Shown piece after piece: positions 9,238-18,730 of a stretch of DNA of 64,000 nt. The first letter of the stretch is position 1. Every line of letters starts with the position of its first letter. Both the position numbers and the translations under genes were made by a program. Under the pieces are notes generated by a model, which did not search any database, was not told the origin of the DNA, and saw only the letters and a list, made by a program, of their open reading frames with translations. Location of the stretch: the NCBI GenBank assembly GCA_011620135.1, contig WOZS01000014.1, positions 130-64,129 on the forward strand, read 5' to 3'. Source of the stretch: Gammaproteobacteria bacterium. GTDB taxonomy: Bacteria; Pseudomonadota; Gammaproteobacteria; WOZS01.

Positions 9238-10151
9238 GCCAGCACCGCAAAGGGTAGATCAGGACTGCCGATGAGATAGACCACGGCCTCCCTGGTGAAA
9301 TGGGCCGTACCCAGGGTGGCCTCGGCCCTGATAGAATACACCTGGCTGAGCCCTGGCCGCAGCAGGGGTGTTGCGTTGCCCAGCATGTCCACGGGCGGCA
9401 ACTGATTTTGTTGCCAGGCCAGGCGCCTGGCCTCCAGATAACGCTCAGCCACGCTGGGCGCAAGCCATGGCAGGGAGCGGATCATCAGGTCGGGCGCTAC
9501 CGCAGGATCGACACCCGGTTGACGGGAATAGACCGTGATGGCCCCTGCCAGGCGTTCATAGAGATCTCCTGTCATACTGGGCAGCAGCAGCAGTTCCTCG
9601 ATGCGCATGAATGGCGCGTTGGCCGGCCCGTTGCCCAGTCCGGCCTGCAGGTAGTCGCGGCGTTCGGCACCAAATGACCTGGGGTTGTCATCGCGGTCCT
9701 TGTAATCGAGCAGCTCGTCGCGCAGATGCAACGCCTGCTGCTCGTCGGCGCCGGCGGCCCTGAACAGGCCATGCAGAATCTGTTCGTTGCCGGTATTGAG
9801 ATCCACCTTGCCAGATTCGGACATGGCAGTCAGCGTGATTGCAGCACCATGAAAGCGCCACGGCCGAGGACGGCCGCTACCGGGGCGGATGGGGCTGGTC
9901 AGGCTGGTCTGCTGCAGCAGGTCCTGGTACAACCCGAAGATGCCCCGGATGACCGCGGCGTCGGCCGCAGCGCGTACCTGAGCCAATTCAAGGAGATTGC
10001 GGGTGCCCACCGTCTCGGAACGGGTGCTCTGGGCGCTGCTGATGGCCAGCACACTGAGCAACGCCACGATCCAGAGCACCACCACCAGGGCAAAGCCCTC
10101 TTGTGGCGCTGGCCAAAGGCGCTTAGCGGGCCTGGGGGATGGGAAAGACAT
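9222..10151 (-). CDS. gspK: Type II secretion minor pseudopilin K
   Basis: Prepilin-like GFALVVVLW, ESGKVDLN, LLDYKD.D, EELLLL, ITVYS. Confidence 0.92.
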   Translation of the reverse strand: MSFPSPRPAKRLWPAPQEGFALVVVLWIVALLSVLAISSAQSTRSETVGTRNLLELAQVRAAADAAVIRGIFGLYQDLLQQTSLTSPIRPGSGRPRPWRFHGAAITLTAMSESGKVDLNTGNEQILHGLFRAAGADEQQALHLRDELLDYKDRDDNPRSFGAERRDYLQAGLGNGPANAPFMRIEELLLLPSMTGDLYERLAGAITVYSRQPGVDPAVAPDLMIRSLPWLAPSVAERYLEARRLAWQQNQLPPVDMLGNATPLLRPGLSQVYSIRAEATLGTAHFTREAVVYLIGSPDLPFAVLAWREP

Positions 10152-10728
10152 AGGTGATGGTTTTCTGTCCTGGCTTGCGCCAGGTCACGCGCACCAGGCG
10201 CGGCAATTGCAAGGTGCTGGGCCATTGGGCAAACCAGGACCCCTCTTCCAGGCGTTGTGGCGCCCCGTAATAACTGAGCCGGGCCTCGGCCACATGACGC
10301 AGCAGCACGCGGCTTTCGGATTGGAACAACGCGGCCCCGCTGCCCTGCACCGGGGCCAGGGTCAGGGAGATGGAGCGGCGGTTGCCCAGCTGCTCCTCGA
10401 TGGCAATGGTCGCCATGTAGATGCCCCCGGGCAGCACCCCGGGGGGGCGGAACAGGCAGAACGTGAACTGGTCGGCTGTAGCCACGATGGCCTGTCGCAT
10501 GTTGGGTTGACGGGTACACAGGCTGGGGCTCAGCGCATCCTGGATCACAGTCCGCAGCGCCTGATAGGCGATGCGCTGATTGGCACCCACAGCACTGGCC
10601 TGATCCAGGCGCACCACGCTGCTGCTGCCAAGGCGCATGGCAGTCAGACCCATGCTCATGACCAAGGCGAAGATGGCCATGGCAATCATCAGCTCCAGCA
10701 AGGTGAAGCCTGCCGATCGATGGTTCAT
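10123..10728 (-). CDS. gspJ: Type II secretion minor pseudopilin J
   Basis: Type IV prepilin motif GFTLLELMIAM after ATG at 10728; C-terminal LPRLVRV. Confidence 0.88.
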   Translation of the reverse strand: MNHRSAGFTLLELMIAMAIFALVMSMGLTAMRLGSSSVVRLDQASAVGANQRIAYQALRTVIQDALSPSLCTRQPNMRQAIVATADQFTFCLFRPPGVLPGGIYMATIAIEEQLGNRRSISLTLAPVQGSGAALFQSESRVLLRHVAEARLSYYGAPQRLEEGSWFAQWPSTLQLPRLVRVTWRKPGQKTITYVFPIPQAR

Positions 10729-10735
10729 GGATGGG

Positions 10736-11146
10736 TCATTCCACACTGCCAAGGCGCAATCCATGCAGGGCAAAGTGATAGGGTTGGTTACGGTCTTGCC
10801 AGGTGACCTGGACATCCAAGGCAAAAAGTCGCAGCGGCAGGCGTGGGTCCACAGTCAGACCCTGTTCCATGTAAGGCGTGACGCTGACCTGCCAGCGTGA
10901 GCCATCCGGGGTCGTCCCTTGCTGGATGCCTGGATGGAGCGGGATTTCTGCATTGAGTTCGGCAAGTTTGCTTTCAGCCAGGGCCATGGCGGCCTGACGG
11001 CGCTGCAGGCTGTTTTGGAAAAGCAGGCTGTCGCCAAAGACACGGTAGACCACCCCACACGACAAGGCAAGAATGGCAAAGGCCACCACCGCCTCGATGA
11101 GCGTGAAACCAGCCTGCCTGGCTGGCATGATGATGGGCTGTTTCAT
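10736..11146 (-). CDS. gspI: Type II secretion minor pseudopilin I
   Basis: GFTLIEAVVAFAIL, A..LAESKL, VQVTW. Confidence 0.9.
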   Translation of the reverse strand: MKQPIIMPARQAGFTLIEAVVAFAILALSCGVVYRVFGDSLLFQNSLQRRQAAMALAESKLAELNAEIPLHPGIQQGTTPDGSRWQVSVTPYMEQGLTVDPRLPLRLFALDVQVTWQDRNQPYHFALHGLRLGSVE

Positions 11147-11604
11147 GTGGGTTTGCGTCGCACAGCCACCGCACCCGTCAACCAGTCGATCTGGATGCTG
11201 ACCACGCCGCTTTTGTTGCTGAGCTCGATGACCCCACCGGTGGAGGTGCCATCAGGATAGAAACGCACCGCACTCACAAAGGCATTGACCCGTTCGCTGC
11301 GCGCCGTGGTGAGCGTTACCCTGATGCCCTTGGGCAGATGGTGACTGTGTGCATCCGCTCGCCACAGGCCATGCCTGGTATCCACCTCCAGCCTCTGGGC
11401 ATGACGCCGGGCCATGGCGTTGCTCTGCACCAGGCGCAGCGCCTGGCCCATCTGTCGGGCGGCGGCCTGGAGCCGGGCCTTTTCCAGGGTGCCTGCCAGC
11501 TGCATGGGAACCACCGCCAGGGCCAGAGCCATGATGGCCAACACCACCATCAACTCCAGCAGGGTGAACCCTTTACTGTGACTGCCAGTTGCCGATGTCC
11601 GCAT
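11143..11604 (-). CDS. gspH: Type II secretion minor pseudopilin H
   Basis: GFTLLELMVVL, RFYPDGTSTGG, IDWLTG. Start inferred at ATG 11604. Confidence 0.88.
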   Translation of the reverse strand: MRTSATGSHSKGFTLLELMVVLAIMALALAVVPMQLAGTLEKARLQAAARQMGQALRLVQSNAMARRHAQRLEVDTRHGLWRADAHSHHLPKGIRVTLTTARSERVNAFVSAVRFYPDGTSTGGVIELSNKSGVVSIQIDWLTGAVAVRRKPT

Positions 11605-12022
11605 CTTCGTTTGTGCCGCCTTCCTGGCCATCACGCCCCAGGCTGTAGAGATCATAGGGACCATGACTGTTCTGGCCCGGCGTGCGGTAGGCGTAGGGAT
11701 GGCCCCAGGGGTCCTTGGGAACGCCCTTCTTGAGATAGGGGCCATGCCAATTCCCAGGCTGGCTCGGTGGCGATACCAGAACACCCAGACCCTCCTCACT
11801 GGTGGGATAGCGACCATTGTCCAGGTAGAACTGCTCCAGGGCATGATCGAGCTGTTCGATCTGTACCCGGGCGGTATCGGTTTTGGCGCGACCCAGGTAC
11901 TTGATCACGTTGGGGGCCACCACGCCCGCCAGCAGGCCGAGGATCACCAAGACCACCAGCAGCTCGATGAGCGTGAAGCCGCCTGATTGCAGGCCAGCTC
12001 GTGTTTTCCTGATTGCGGGCAT
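11573..12022 (-). CDS. gspG: Type II secretion major pseudopilin G
   Basis: GFTLIELLVVLVILGLLA, F.LDNGRYP...GL, WHGPYL..VPKDPWG, SLGRDG..GG..EDADI. Confidence 0.97.
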   Translation of the reverse strand: MPAIRKTRAGLQSGGFTLIELLVVLVILGLLAGVVAPNVIKYLGRAKTDTARVQIEQLDHALEQFYLDNGRYPTSEEGLGVLVSPPSQPGNWHGPYLKKGVPKDPWGHPYAYRTPGQNSHGPYDLYSLGRDGQEGGTNEDADIGNWQSQ

Positions 12023-12106
12023 CGCAGTAGCTCCTGAAAGTTGATATCACTTGATTGTTGATCGTCCCCGGTCCAGGGCTTTTGGACGGGGATCTGTTCT
12101 CGGGGT

Positions 12107-13330
12107 TCACATGGCCAACTGATTGATGCTCACGATGGCCACCAAGATGCTCATGATGATACCGCCGATCAGCACGCCAAGGCCAAGGATCAGGACCGGT
12201 TCCAGCAAGGAGAGCATGCGCTTGATGGACCGGTCGGTCTCCCGCTCGTAGAGCTCGGCCACCCGGAAGAGCATGGTATCCAGCTGGCCGGACTCCTCGC
12301 CCACCTGCAGCATGTGGATGGCCAGTGGCGGCAGGATCTGTGCCTTGGCAAGAGGCCCTGCCAACCCCGAGCCACTTTTGAGGCCGCTGATCGCCGGGTT
12401 CAGCCCCGCTGCCATGGCCCTGTTGCCAAGCCCTTCCTGGGCGATATTGAGGGCATTGAGCAAGGTGATGCCATTGCGGACCAAGGTGCCCAAGGTGCGG
12501 CACAGGCGGGCCGTTTCCATCTGGCGCAACAAGGTGCCGAGCAGTGGCACCTGCAGGAGATAGCCGTCCATGACCAATCGGCTCCTGGGTCTGGCGTAGG
12601 CGCGGCGCAGCAACAGAAAAAGACCAGCGCCAATGAGGATCAGCAACCAGCCATACTGTTTGAGCCCATTGCCAAGAAAGATCACCACCCTGGTCGCCAG
12701 GGGCAATTGCGCCTCGGCATCGGCAAACATGGCCTGGAACTGCGGGATCACATAGGTCAGCAGGGCCAACACCGAGATCAGGGAGACGCCAAGCAGGATC
12801 AGGGGATAGGTCAGCGCTGCGCGCACTTGTTCCTTGAGTGCCTGGCTGCGTTCGCTGTATTCCGCCAACCGGGCCAGCACCTCTTCCAGAACCCCGGCAC
12901 TCTCGCCGGCGCGCACCAGGCCAATCTGCAGCCTGGAAAAGACAGGGTTCTGTGCCTCCATGGCAGCGGCGAGCGAACTGCCGCCCCGGACCTTGTCCCG
13001 GATGCGTTGTATCAGATTGACGATCCCAGGATGGGGGCTTTGGGAGGCGATGGCTGACAGGGCCCGATCCAGCGGCAGGCCGGCATGGAGCAACAGCGCC
13101 AGCTCCTGGAAAAAAGCCACCAGATCGGCTGAGCGCACCGGCTTGTCGCTGCGCTTGCCAAGCCATTTGCTGCGCCTCGATGCCTGCTGGGTGGCAGCCT
13201 CGGCGATTTGCACCGGGATCAGCTGTGCGGTGCGCAAAAAACGCAATACCTGCTCGGTGTCGGCGGCCTCCAGTTCGCCCCTGGTGGTGCGTCCCTGGTC
13301 GTCCAGTGCGGTATAGCGATAACGCGACAT
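12107..13330 (-). CDS. gspF: Type II secretion inner-membrane platform protein F
   Basis: Two GspF/PilC repeats (AGESAG.L, ALTYP; VGEESGQLD, LLEP). Confidence 0.96.
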   Translation of the reverse strand: MSRYRYTALDDQGRTTRGELEAADTEQVLRFLRTAQLIPVQIAEAATQQASRRSKWLGKRSDKPVRSADLVAFFQELALLLHAGLPLDRALSAIASQSPHPGIVNLIQRIRDKVRGGSSLAAAMEAQNPVFSRLQIGLVRAGESAGVLEEVLARLAEYSERSQALKEQVRAALTYPLILLGVSLISVLALLTYVIPQFQAMFADAEAQLPLATRVVIFLGNGLKQYGWLLILIGAGLFLLLRRAYARPRSRLVMDGYLLQVPLLGTLLRQMETARLCRTLGTLVRNGITLLNALNIAQEGLGNRAMAAGLNPAISGLKSGSGLAGPLAKAQILPPLAIHMLQVGEESGQLDTMLFRVAELYERETDRSIKRMLSLLEPVLILGLGVLIGGIIMSILVAIVSINQLAM

Positions 13331-15006
13331 CAGCTGTCCTGGGTGACCCGCACCACCTCATCCAGCGTGGTGAGCCCGCTTGCCACCTTCTCCAGGCCGT
13401 CTTCGAACATGGTGCGCATGCCGGCGTGGCGGGCGGCCTCGCCGAGTTCGGCCGTGCCGGCGCGGCGCAGCATGAGCCGCCCCAACTCTTCTGTCATGGG
13501 GACGATCTCGGTGAGACACAGCCGACCGTGATAGCCGTTGCCGCACAAGGCACAGCCCCCGGGCCGTGGCAGGGTCTGATCCTGTGCCCCAAACCGTCCG
13601 AGGTCCAGTCGCTGGAAAAGCTCCTGGGGGATCGGCTCATGGTGGACGCAGTGTGGACAGAGCCTGCGCACCAGGCGCTGGGCCATGATGGCGTTGATGG
13701 TGGCGCTGAGCAGGTAGTCCTCCACACCCATGTCCAGGAGCCTGGTCAGGGTCTGCACGGCATTGTTGGTATGCAGCGTGGACAGCACCAGATGCCCGGT
13801 CAGCGCGGCCTGGACGGCGGTCTGGGCGGTTTCCAGGTCGCGGATCTCGCCAATCATGATGATGTCCGGGTCCTGGCGCAGGATGGAGCGCAATACCCGG
13901 GCGAACGTCAGCCCGATCTGGCCCTTGGTCTGGATCTGGTTGACACCATCCAGCACATACTCCACTGGATCTTCCACGGTGAGGATCTTCTTGTCCGGTG
14001 TGTTGAGGTGGCTCAAGGCGGTATAGAGTGTGGTGGTCTTGCCGCTGCCGGTAGGTCCTGTGACCAGTACGATGCCGTGGGGCTGCTCCAGGGCCGGAAG
14101 CAGCATTGCCATGTCATGCCCGGAGAAACCCAGGGCAGCGAAGTCCAGCGTCACGCCGCCTTTGTCCAGCAGGCGCAGCACCACACTCTCGCCATGCAGC
14201 GTGGGCAATGTGGAGACGCGCAGGTCAATCTCCTTGCCGGCAATGCGTACCTTGATGCGGCCGTCCTGGGGCAGGCGGCGTTCGGCAATATTGAGGTTGG
14301 CCATGATCTTGATGCGCGAGATGACCGCAGCGGCCAGCTGCTGCGGGGGTGACTCCACCTCTTCCAGGATGCCGTCGATGCGGTAGCGCACCTTGAGCAC
14401 CTTTTCGAACGGTTCGATGTGGATGTCGGAGGCTCTCAGCTCGGATGCCCTGGACAGCAGCAGGCTCACCAGGCGGATCACGGGGGCTTCGCTGGCGAGA
14501 TCACGCAGTCTGGCGATGTCTTCTCCCTCACCAGCCTCCTCCTCGCCCACCTCCTGGACAATCTGGGCCATGGAGCTGGACGCATTGCCGTAGAGCCTCT
14601 GCAGTGCAGTTTCCAGCTCTGTGGCCGGTGCCACCGCCTTGCGTACCGGGCGCCCTATGGCGCTGGCGATGGCTTCTGCGGTGAAGGCATCCGAGGGATT
14701 GGCCATGGCCACCAGCACGCCTTGGTCATCCTCACAGATGGGCAGTGCCTTGGCGCTGGTCAGAAAGTCCACAGAAAGCAGGTTCTCGAACAGGGGCTCC
14801 TGGGGGAAGGAGTCACTGCGCAGCAGGGGTAGTCCGTCGATCTGTGCATGGGCTTCGGCGAGGTCGCGATCGGAGACAAAGCCGAGCCTGAGCAGGATTT
14901 CGTCCAGGGTGCCGCCGTCTTCCTGGTGCAGGCGCACGGCCCGGGCCAGGTCCGCGGCGGTGACCTTGCCCCTGGATACCAGGATATCAGCTGGGGTGAT
15001 GCTCAT
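13330..15006 (-). CDS. gspE: Type II secretion ATPase E
   Basis: ASDIHIEP, ERRLPQDGR, VTGPTGSGKTTTLY, TVEDPVE, LRQDPDIIMIGEIRD, STLHTN, CPHC..CALC; N-terminal extension as in XpsE. Confidence 0.97.
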   Translation of the reverse strand: MSITPADILVSRGKVTAADLARAVRLHQEDGGTLDEILLRLGFVSDRDLAEAHAQIDGLPLLRSDSFPQEPLFENLLSVDFLTSAKALPICEDDQGVLVAMANPSDAFTAEAIASAIGRPVRKAVAPATELETALQRLYGNASSSMAQIVQEVGEEEAGEGEDIARLRDLASEAPVIRLVSLLLSRASELRASDIHIEPFEKVLKVRYRIDGILEEVESPPQQLAAAVISRIKIMANLNIAERRLPQDGRIKVRIAGKEIDLRVSTLPTLHGESVVLRLLDKGGVTLDFAALGFSGHDMAMLLPALEQPHGIVLVTGPTGSGKTTTLYTALSHLNTPDKKILTVEDPVEYVLDGVNQIQTKGQIGLTFARVLRSILRQDPDIIMIGEIRDLETAQTAVQAALTGHLVLSTLHTNNAVQTLTRLLDMGVEDYLLSATINAIMAQRLVRRLCPHCVHHEPIPQELFQRLDLGRFGAQDQTLPRPGGCALCGNGYHGRLCLTEIVPMTEELGRLMLRRAGTAELGEAARHAGMRTMFEDGLEKVASGLTTLDEVVRVTQDS

Positions 15007-15101
15007 GATGCACGTATTGACATTGCTGGTTTTTAGGGATGAAGGGATGAAAGGGTTTGGCCCACCGGTGAGTGGCCTGGGTTCTATCACGGAAATGCCT
15101 T

Positions 15102-16064
15102 TCAGGGCATGCGCTGTTGCAGCCTGTTCTCGATGGCCTGGAAAAAGCTCCCAGCAATGCCAAGCTCAGTGGCGGCTTCGATCTCGCGCATACACGTTGG
15201 ACTTGTGACATTGATTTCCGTCAGATGTTCCCCGATCACATCGAGCCCGGCAAAGAGGATGCCAAGCTCGCGCAGCACAGGACCCACCTGCCTGGCGATG
15301 TGCCAATCATGATCGGTCAGCGGCCTGACCTCGCCGCGGCCACCAGCTGCGAGATTGGCGCGAAACTCGCCGGGGGCGGCGAGGCGCGCCAGACACTGGG
15401 GCATGGGCTCGCCGTTGATCACCAGGATCCGTTTGTCGCCGTTTGCAATCTCCGGGAGATAGCGCTGCACCAGGACGAAGCGGCTGCCGTTGCAGGTGGC
15501 TGTTTCCAGAATGACCCTGGCATTGGGGTCAGCCGGATCCAGCTTGAAGACCGAGCGCCCCCCCATCTCGCCCAGGGGCTTGACCACGGCGACTCCATGT
15601 GTCGCGGCGAAGTCCAGGAGGCGCTTGCCATCACGACTCACCAGGCTGGGGGGGCACAGATGAGCAAACCAGGCAGTATAGAGTTTCTCGCTGACGCGGC
15701 GCAGCGCCTCGGGACGGTTGAGCACCAGACAGCCGTCGGCCTCGGCGCGCTCCAGGAGATAGGTGCTGTAGAGATATTCTGTGTCGACGGGGGGGTCCTT
15801 GCGCATCAGGATCACATCCAGCAACTGGGAGAGCAGGCCCTCGTGGGGTTCGCCCAGGCTGAACCAGTCCCGGGGATCATCGCGCACGGTCAGGGGCCGC
15901 ATCACGGCCTTGGCCGCGCCGCCTTGCAGATACAGGTCACCCAGCTCCATGTACTGCAGCTGGTAACCGCGACGTGCGGCTTCCAGAAGCAAGCCCAGTG
16001 TGGTGTCTTTCTTGAAATGGATGTGTGCGATGGGATCCATCACCACGCCGAGACGTACCGTCAT
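15102..16064 (-). CDS. gshB: Glutathione synthetase
   Basis: VMDPI....KKDTT, MRKDPPVD, KPL.EMGG, GDKRIL, RANLAAGG, EINVTSPT. Confidence 0.98.
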   Translation of the reverse strand: MTVRLGVVMDPIAHIHFKKDTTLGLLLEAARRGYQLQYMELGDLYLQGGAAKAVMRPLTVRDDPRDWFSLGEPHEGLLSQLLDVILMRKDPPVDTEYLYSTYLLERAEADGCLVLNRPEALRRVSEKLYTAWFAHLCPPSLVSRDGKRLLDFAATHGVAVVKPLGEMGGRSVFKLDPADPNARVILETATCNGSRFVLVQRYLPEIANGDKRILVINGEPMPQCLARLAAPGEFRANLAAGGRGEVRPLTDHDWHIARQVGPVLRELGILFAGLDVIGEHLTEINVTSPTCMREIEAATELGIAGSFFQAIENRLQQRMP

Positions 16065-17296
16065 GCCGCCTCCTGCACAGCTGCCAGATGGGCCAGCCTG
16101 GCCACCACGCCATGGATCCAGTCCCGCTCGTCCATGTGCTCCACGGGCACGAACTCCATGCCCGGGGCGTTGAGGCTGTCGCTGTCGCCCCGTCCCGGGT
16201 GGATACGATAGAACGAACCCACGACCTGCCCACCGATCAAGTAGACGACTGGTTCTGCCGGGGCATGGTCTGCCTGTCGGTAATCGGTGGTGGGTACCCC
16301 TTCCTGGAGAAAGACGCGGCTTACGGTAACGCCTTCCTTACCACGGGCCATGCGCTGGCGCTGGCGCCGGTTCAGGTGATCCAGTTCCCCGGGATCCTTG
16401 ATGACCATCACCGCCAGGCCATAAGTGCCCTGATCCGCCTTGGCCACCACGAAAGGACGTGTGGCAATGTGTCGCGTGACGTACTGCTCGCTGGTCTCTG
16501 CCAGAATCTCCCGGGCACGGTCCTTGAGACAGGCAATGCCCAGACCGTGGCGCAGGTCCACATCCTGGCAGCGGCCGCAGCTGGCTTCCAGCTGCCAGGG
16601 GTCCTGGCCCAATGCCGTTGCGAAATCCCGCACCGTTTGGCTGTACAGCGAGAAATGGCGCCACTTGGAGCGCTGCTGCCAGCCCATGGCCACAGGGGGT
16701 ACCACCGGCACGGCGGCGTGCTGGATGATCTCAGGTACGCCCGCGGAAAGATCGTTGTTGAGCCAGAGCAGGGCGACGGGTTGCTGTCCCACATAGAGCA
16801 TCTCACCCTGCCGGCGCAAGCACTCCAGGGTCAGGGTGCGCCCAGCGGACAGCCCCACCTCCATGATGTCCTGGGCATCGGTTTCCATGAGTGTTGCCAG
16901 GCGTATGGTGAAACCAGCCTCGGCAATCAGATGGCGCAGCACGGCAAGGCTTTCATAATAGAACAGGTTGCGACTGTGGCTCTCGGCCAGGAGGGCAATG
17001 ACCTGATCCTGGGCAACGCGACCCGACAGATAGCGCCGCAGCGCCGCGCTGGCCTGCTGGTGGGCGCTGGGGGACAGGTTGTTGAACCCGGCGGGAAAGC
17101 AGTTGGTGTCCACGGCTGCCATCTTGAAGCCGGCGTTGCGGATGTCCACAGAGACATAGGGCAATGGATCGCAGCGCGCCAGCTGCGCATCGAGCCAGGC
17201 TTCCACCTGCTCTTTTTTTTCAAGCAGCAACTCAGCCCAGGCGGGCCACGCGCCACTGATGGTATTTGGGCTGTCCGGCTCGATGGCACATTTCAT
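16061..17296 (-). CDS. gshA: Glutamate--cysteine ligase (short ATP-grasp-like GshA type)
   Basis: YVSVDIRNAGFK.A.VDTN.FPAGFNNL, LNNDLSAG, KAD.GTYG, QEGVPT, AEPVVY, SLNAPGM.F; stop overlaps the gshB start. Confidence 0.92.
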   Translation of the reverse strand: MKCAIEPDSPNTISGAWPAWAELLLEKKEQVEAWLDAQLARCDPLPYVSVDIRNAGFKMAAVDTNCFPAGFNNLSPSAHQQASAALRRYLSGRVAQDQVIALLAESHSRNLFYYESLAVLRHLIAEAGFTIRLATLMETDAQDIMEVGLSAGRTLTLECLRRQGEMLYVGQQPVALLWLNNDLSAGVPEIIQHAAVPVVPPVAMGWQQRSKWRHFSLYSQTVRDFATALGQDPWQLEASCGRCQDVDLRHGLGIACLKDRAREILAETSEQYVTRHIATRPFVVAKADQGTYGLAVMVIKDPGELDHLNRRQRQRMARGKEGVTVSRVFLQEGVPTTDYRQADHAPAEPVVYLIGGQVVGSFYRIHPGRGDSDSLNAPGMEFVPVEHMDERDWIHGVVARLAHLAAVQEAA

Positions 17297-17382
17297 GGGT
17301 GAGAGGATTCCTTTGGGTCAAGTGGGGGTCAAGTGAGGGTGCATGCAGCGGCCATCCGGAACGGCAGCCGCTATGGGCCCTT

Positions 17383-17982
17383 TCAGGGCTGTGCCCCCAG
17401 GGCCGGAATATCCATCCTGAAATAGGTGTAGGTGCTCTCCCGATACAGAATGGTAAAGGCGCGTTTGTCATCGAAAAATTGATTCGGGCTTGGTTCCGGG
17501 TCATTCGGGTCATAGTAGACCTGGGTTGGAGAGCGCTGTTGGTCGAGGACAAAGGTGCGCGGCTCGTTGAGGTCCGCACAGAACTGGTTGCTCGCCGTAT
17601 TGTCGCCCATGGCGTGCAAGCGGACATTGTGGTACTCGCGATAATCCTGAATGACGGTGAGCCGCGAGCCACAGATGAAGGGCGGATTCAAGAACCCGGT
17701 GCGTACCGGATCACCGCTCACGGCCCCAGGCGGGGGGGCGTCTGGGGTACGGACGGGTTCTGCGCGTAACAGGGGCACCCATGCCCCATTGATCAGCTCG
17801 CGCCAGAAGATCAGGCGATGGCGTTGCCGGTCATAGCCGATGATGTCGCTGCCATAGCTGGGGTCCTGCGCTTGTTGGGGTAAAGGGCTCAATATGGTAT
17901 AACCATTGCGGCCTTGTGCTGATGCCACGGTGCAGGCGGCCACACCGAGGATTCCCAAGGAGGCGGACAGCTTGAGCGACAT
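17383..17982 (-). CDS. Hypothetical exported protein or lipoprotein
   Basis: ATG at 17982 preceded by GGAAAGG; hydrophobic N-terminus with lipobox-like VAAC; fills the gap between gshA and iorA; no family recognised. Confidence 0.6.
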   Translation of the reverse strand: MSLKLSASLGILGVAACTVASAQGRNGYTILSPLPQQAQDPSYGSDIIGYDRQRHRLIFWRELINGAWVPLLRAEPVRTPDAPPPGAVSGDPVRTGFLNPPFICGSRLTVIQDYREYHNVRLHAMGDNTASNQFCADLNEPRTFVLDQQRSPTQVYYDPNDPEPSPNQFFDDKRAFTILYRESTYTYFRMDIPALGAQP

Positions 17983-18277
17983 ACCTTTCCCTATTTTCCT
18001 TTTCCCGATCAGTCCAGCGGCCTGACGCAATGCTTCCATCTCCCCCAGGGGTTGGGCTATTGAAAGATCTCGGCTGCAGTCCGGCTCATGCTATCATGGA
18101 TGATATAACTCCATCAAGGTGAGCCCCGGGAAAGGTTTTTGCGCCAGCTTCCCCCAGGCGGTAGCGCTTGATCGGTTGTGTGCATTGAGTCCCTGAAGGA
18201 TCAGGCTATACAATAACAACGGGTCAGTGGATCGAGCTGATCGAGCCAAAGAGTCGCCCTCATTGCCAATGGTTGCC

Positions 18278-18730
18278 ATGCCACATCGTTCCTTGTCGAT
18301 CAATGGGTCCACCTATGTTGTCGAGGTGGGCGATGATGTGCCGCTGCTGTGGGTATTGCGCGATCTCCTGCTGTTGCGGGGGACCAAATATGGCTGTGGC
18401 ATCGGCCAGTGCGGGGTCTGCACCGTCATGGTGGGCGGCCAGGCGCTGCGTTCGTGTCTCCTGCCAGTGGGCGAGGTGCGCGAGGCGGTGACCACCATCG
18501 AGGGGCTCGCCGCCGATCATCCCGTCAAGCGGGCCTGGATCAGCGAGCAGGTACCACAATGTGGTTATTGCCAATCGGGCCAGATCATGCAGGCTGCCGC
18601 CTTGCTGCAACAGACTTCCAAGCCCACAGAAAGCGAGATTCGTTCCGCCATGCGTGGCGTGCTGTGCCGCTGTGGTACCTACAACCGCATCGTCCGGGCC
18701 ATCCAGGTGGCCAGCGGGCAGGTATCCTGA
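18278..18730 (+). CDS. iorA: (2Fe-2S) small subunit of isoquinoline 1-oxidoreductase-like molybdoenzyme
   Basis: PLLWVLRD, GTKYGCGIGQCGVCTV, TTIEGL, VPQCGYCQSGQIM, CRCGTY. Start 18269 or 18278. Confidence 0.93.
   Translation: MPHRSLSINGSTYVVEVGDDVPLLWVLRDLLLLRGTKYGCGIGQCGVCTVMVGGQALRSCLLPVGEVREAVTTIEGLAADHPVKRAWISEQVPQCGYCQSGQIMQAAALLQQTSKPTESEIRSAMRGVLCRCGTYNRIVRAIQVASGQVS

Noticed and set aside
18349-18729. N-terminal extension of the 835-aa iorB ORF
   Set aside because: It overlaps iorA in another frame; the Tat signal at ATG 18730 marks the real start. The same applies to ORF-track extensions of alaC, glnD, rpsB, tsf, cdsA, gspH, mreB and rpsF.
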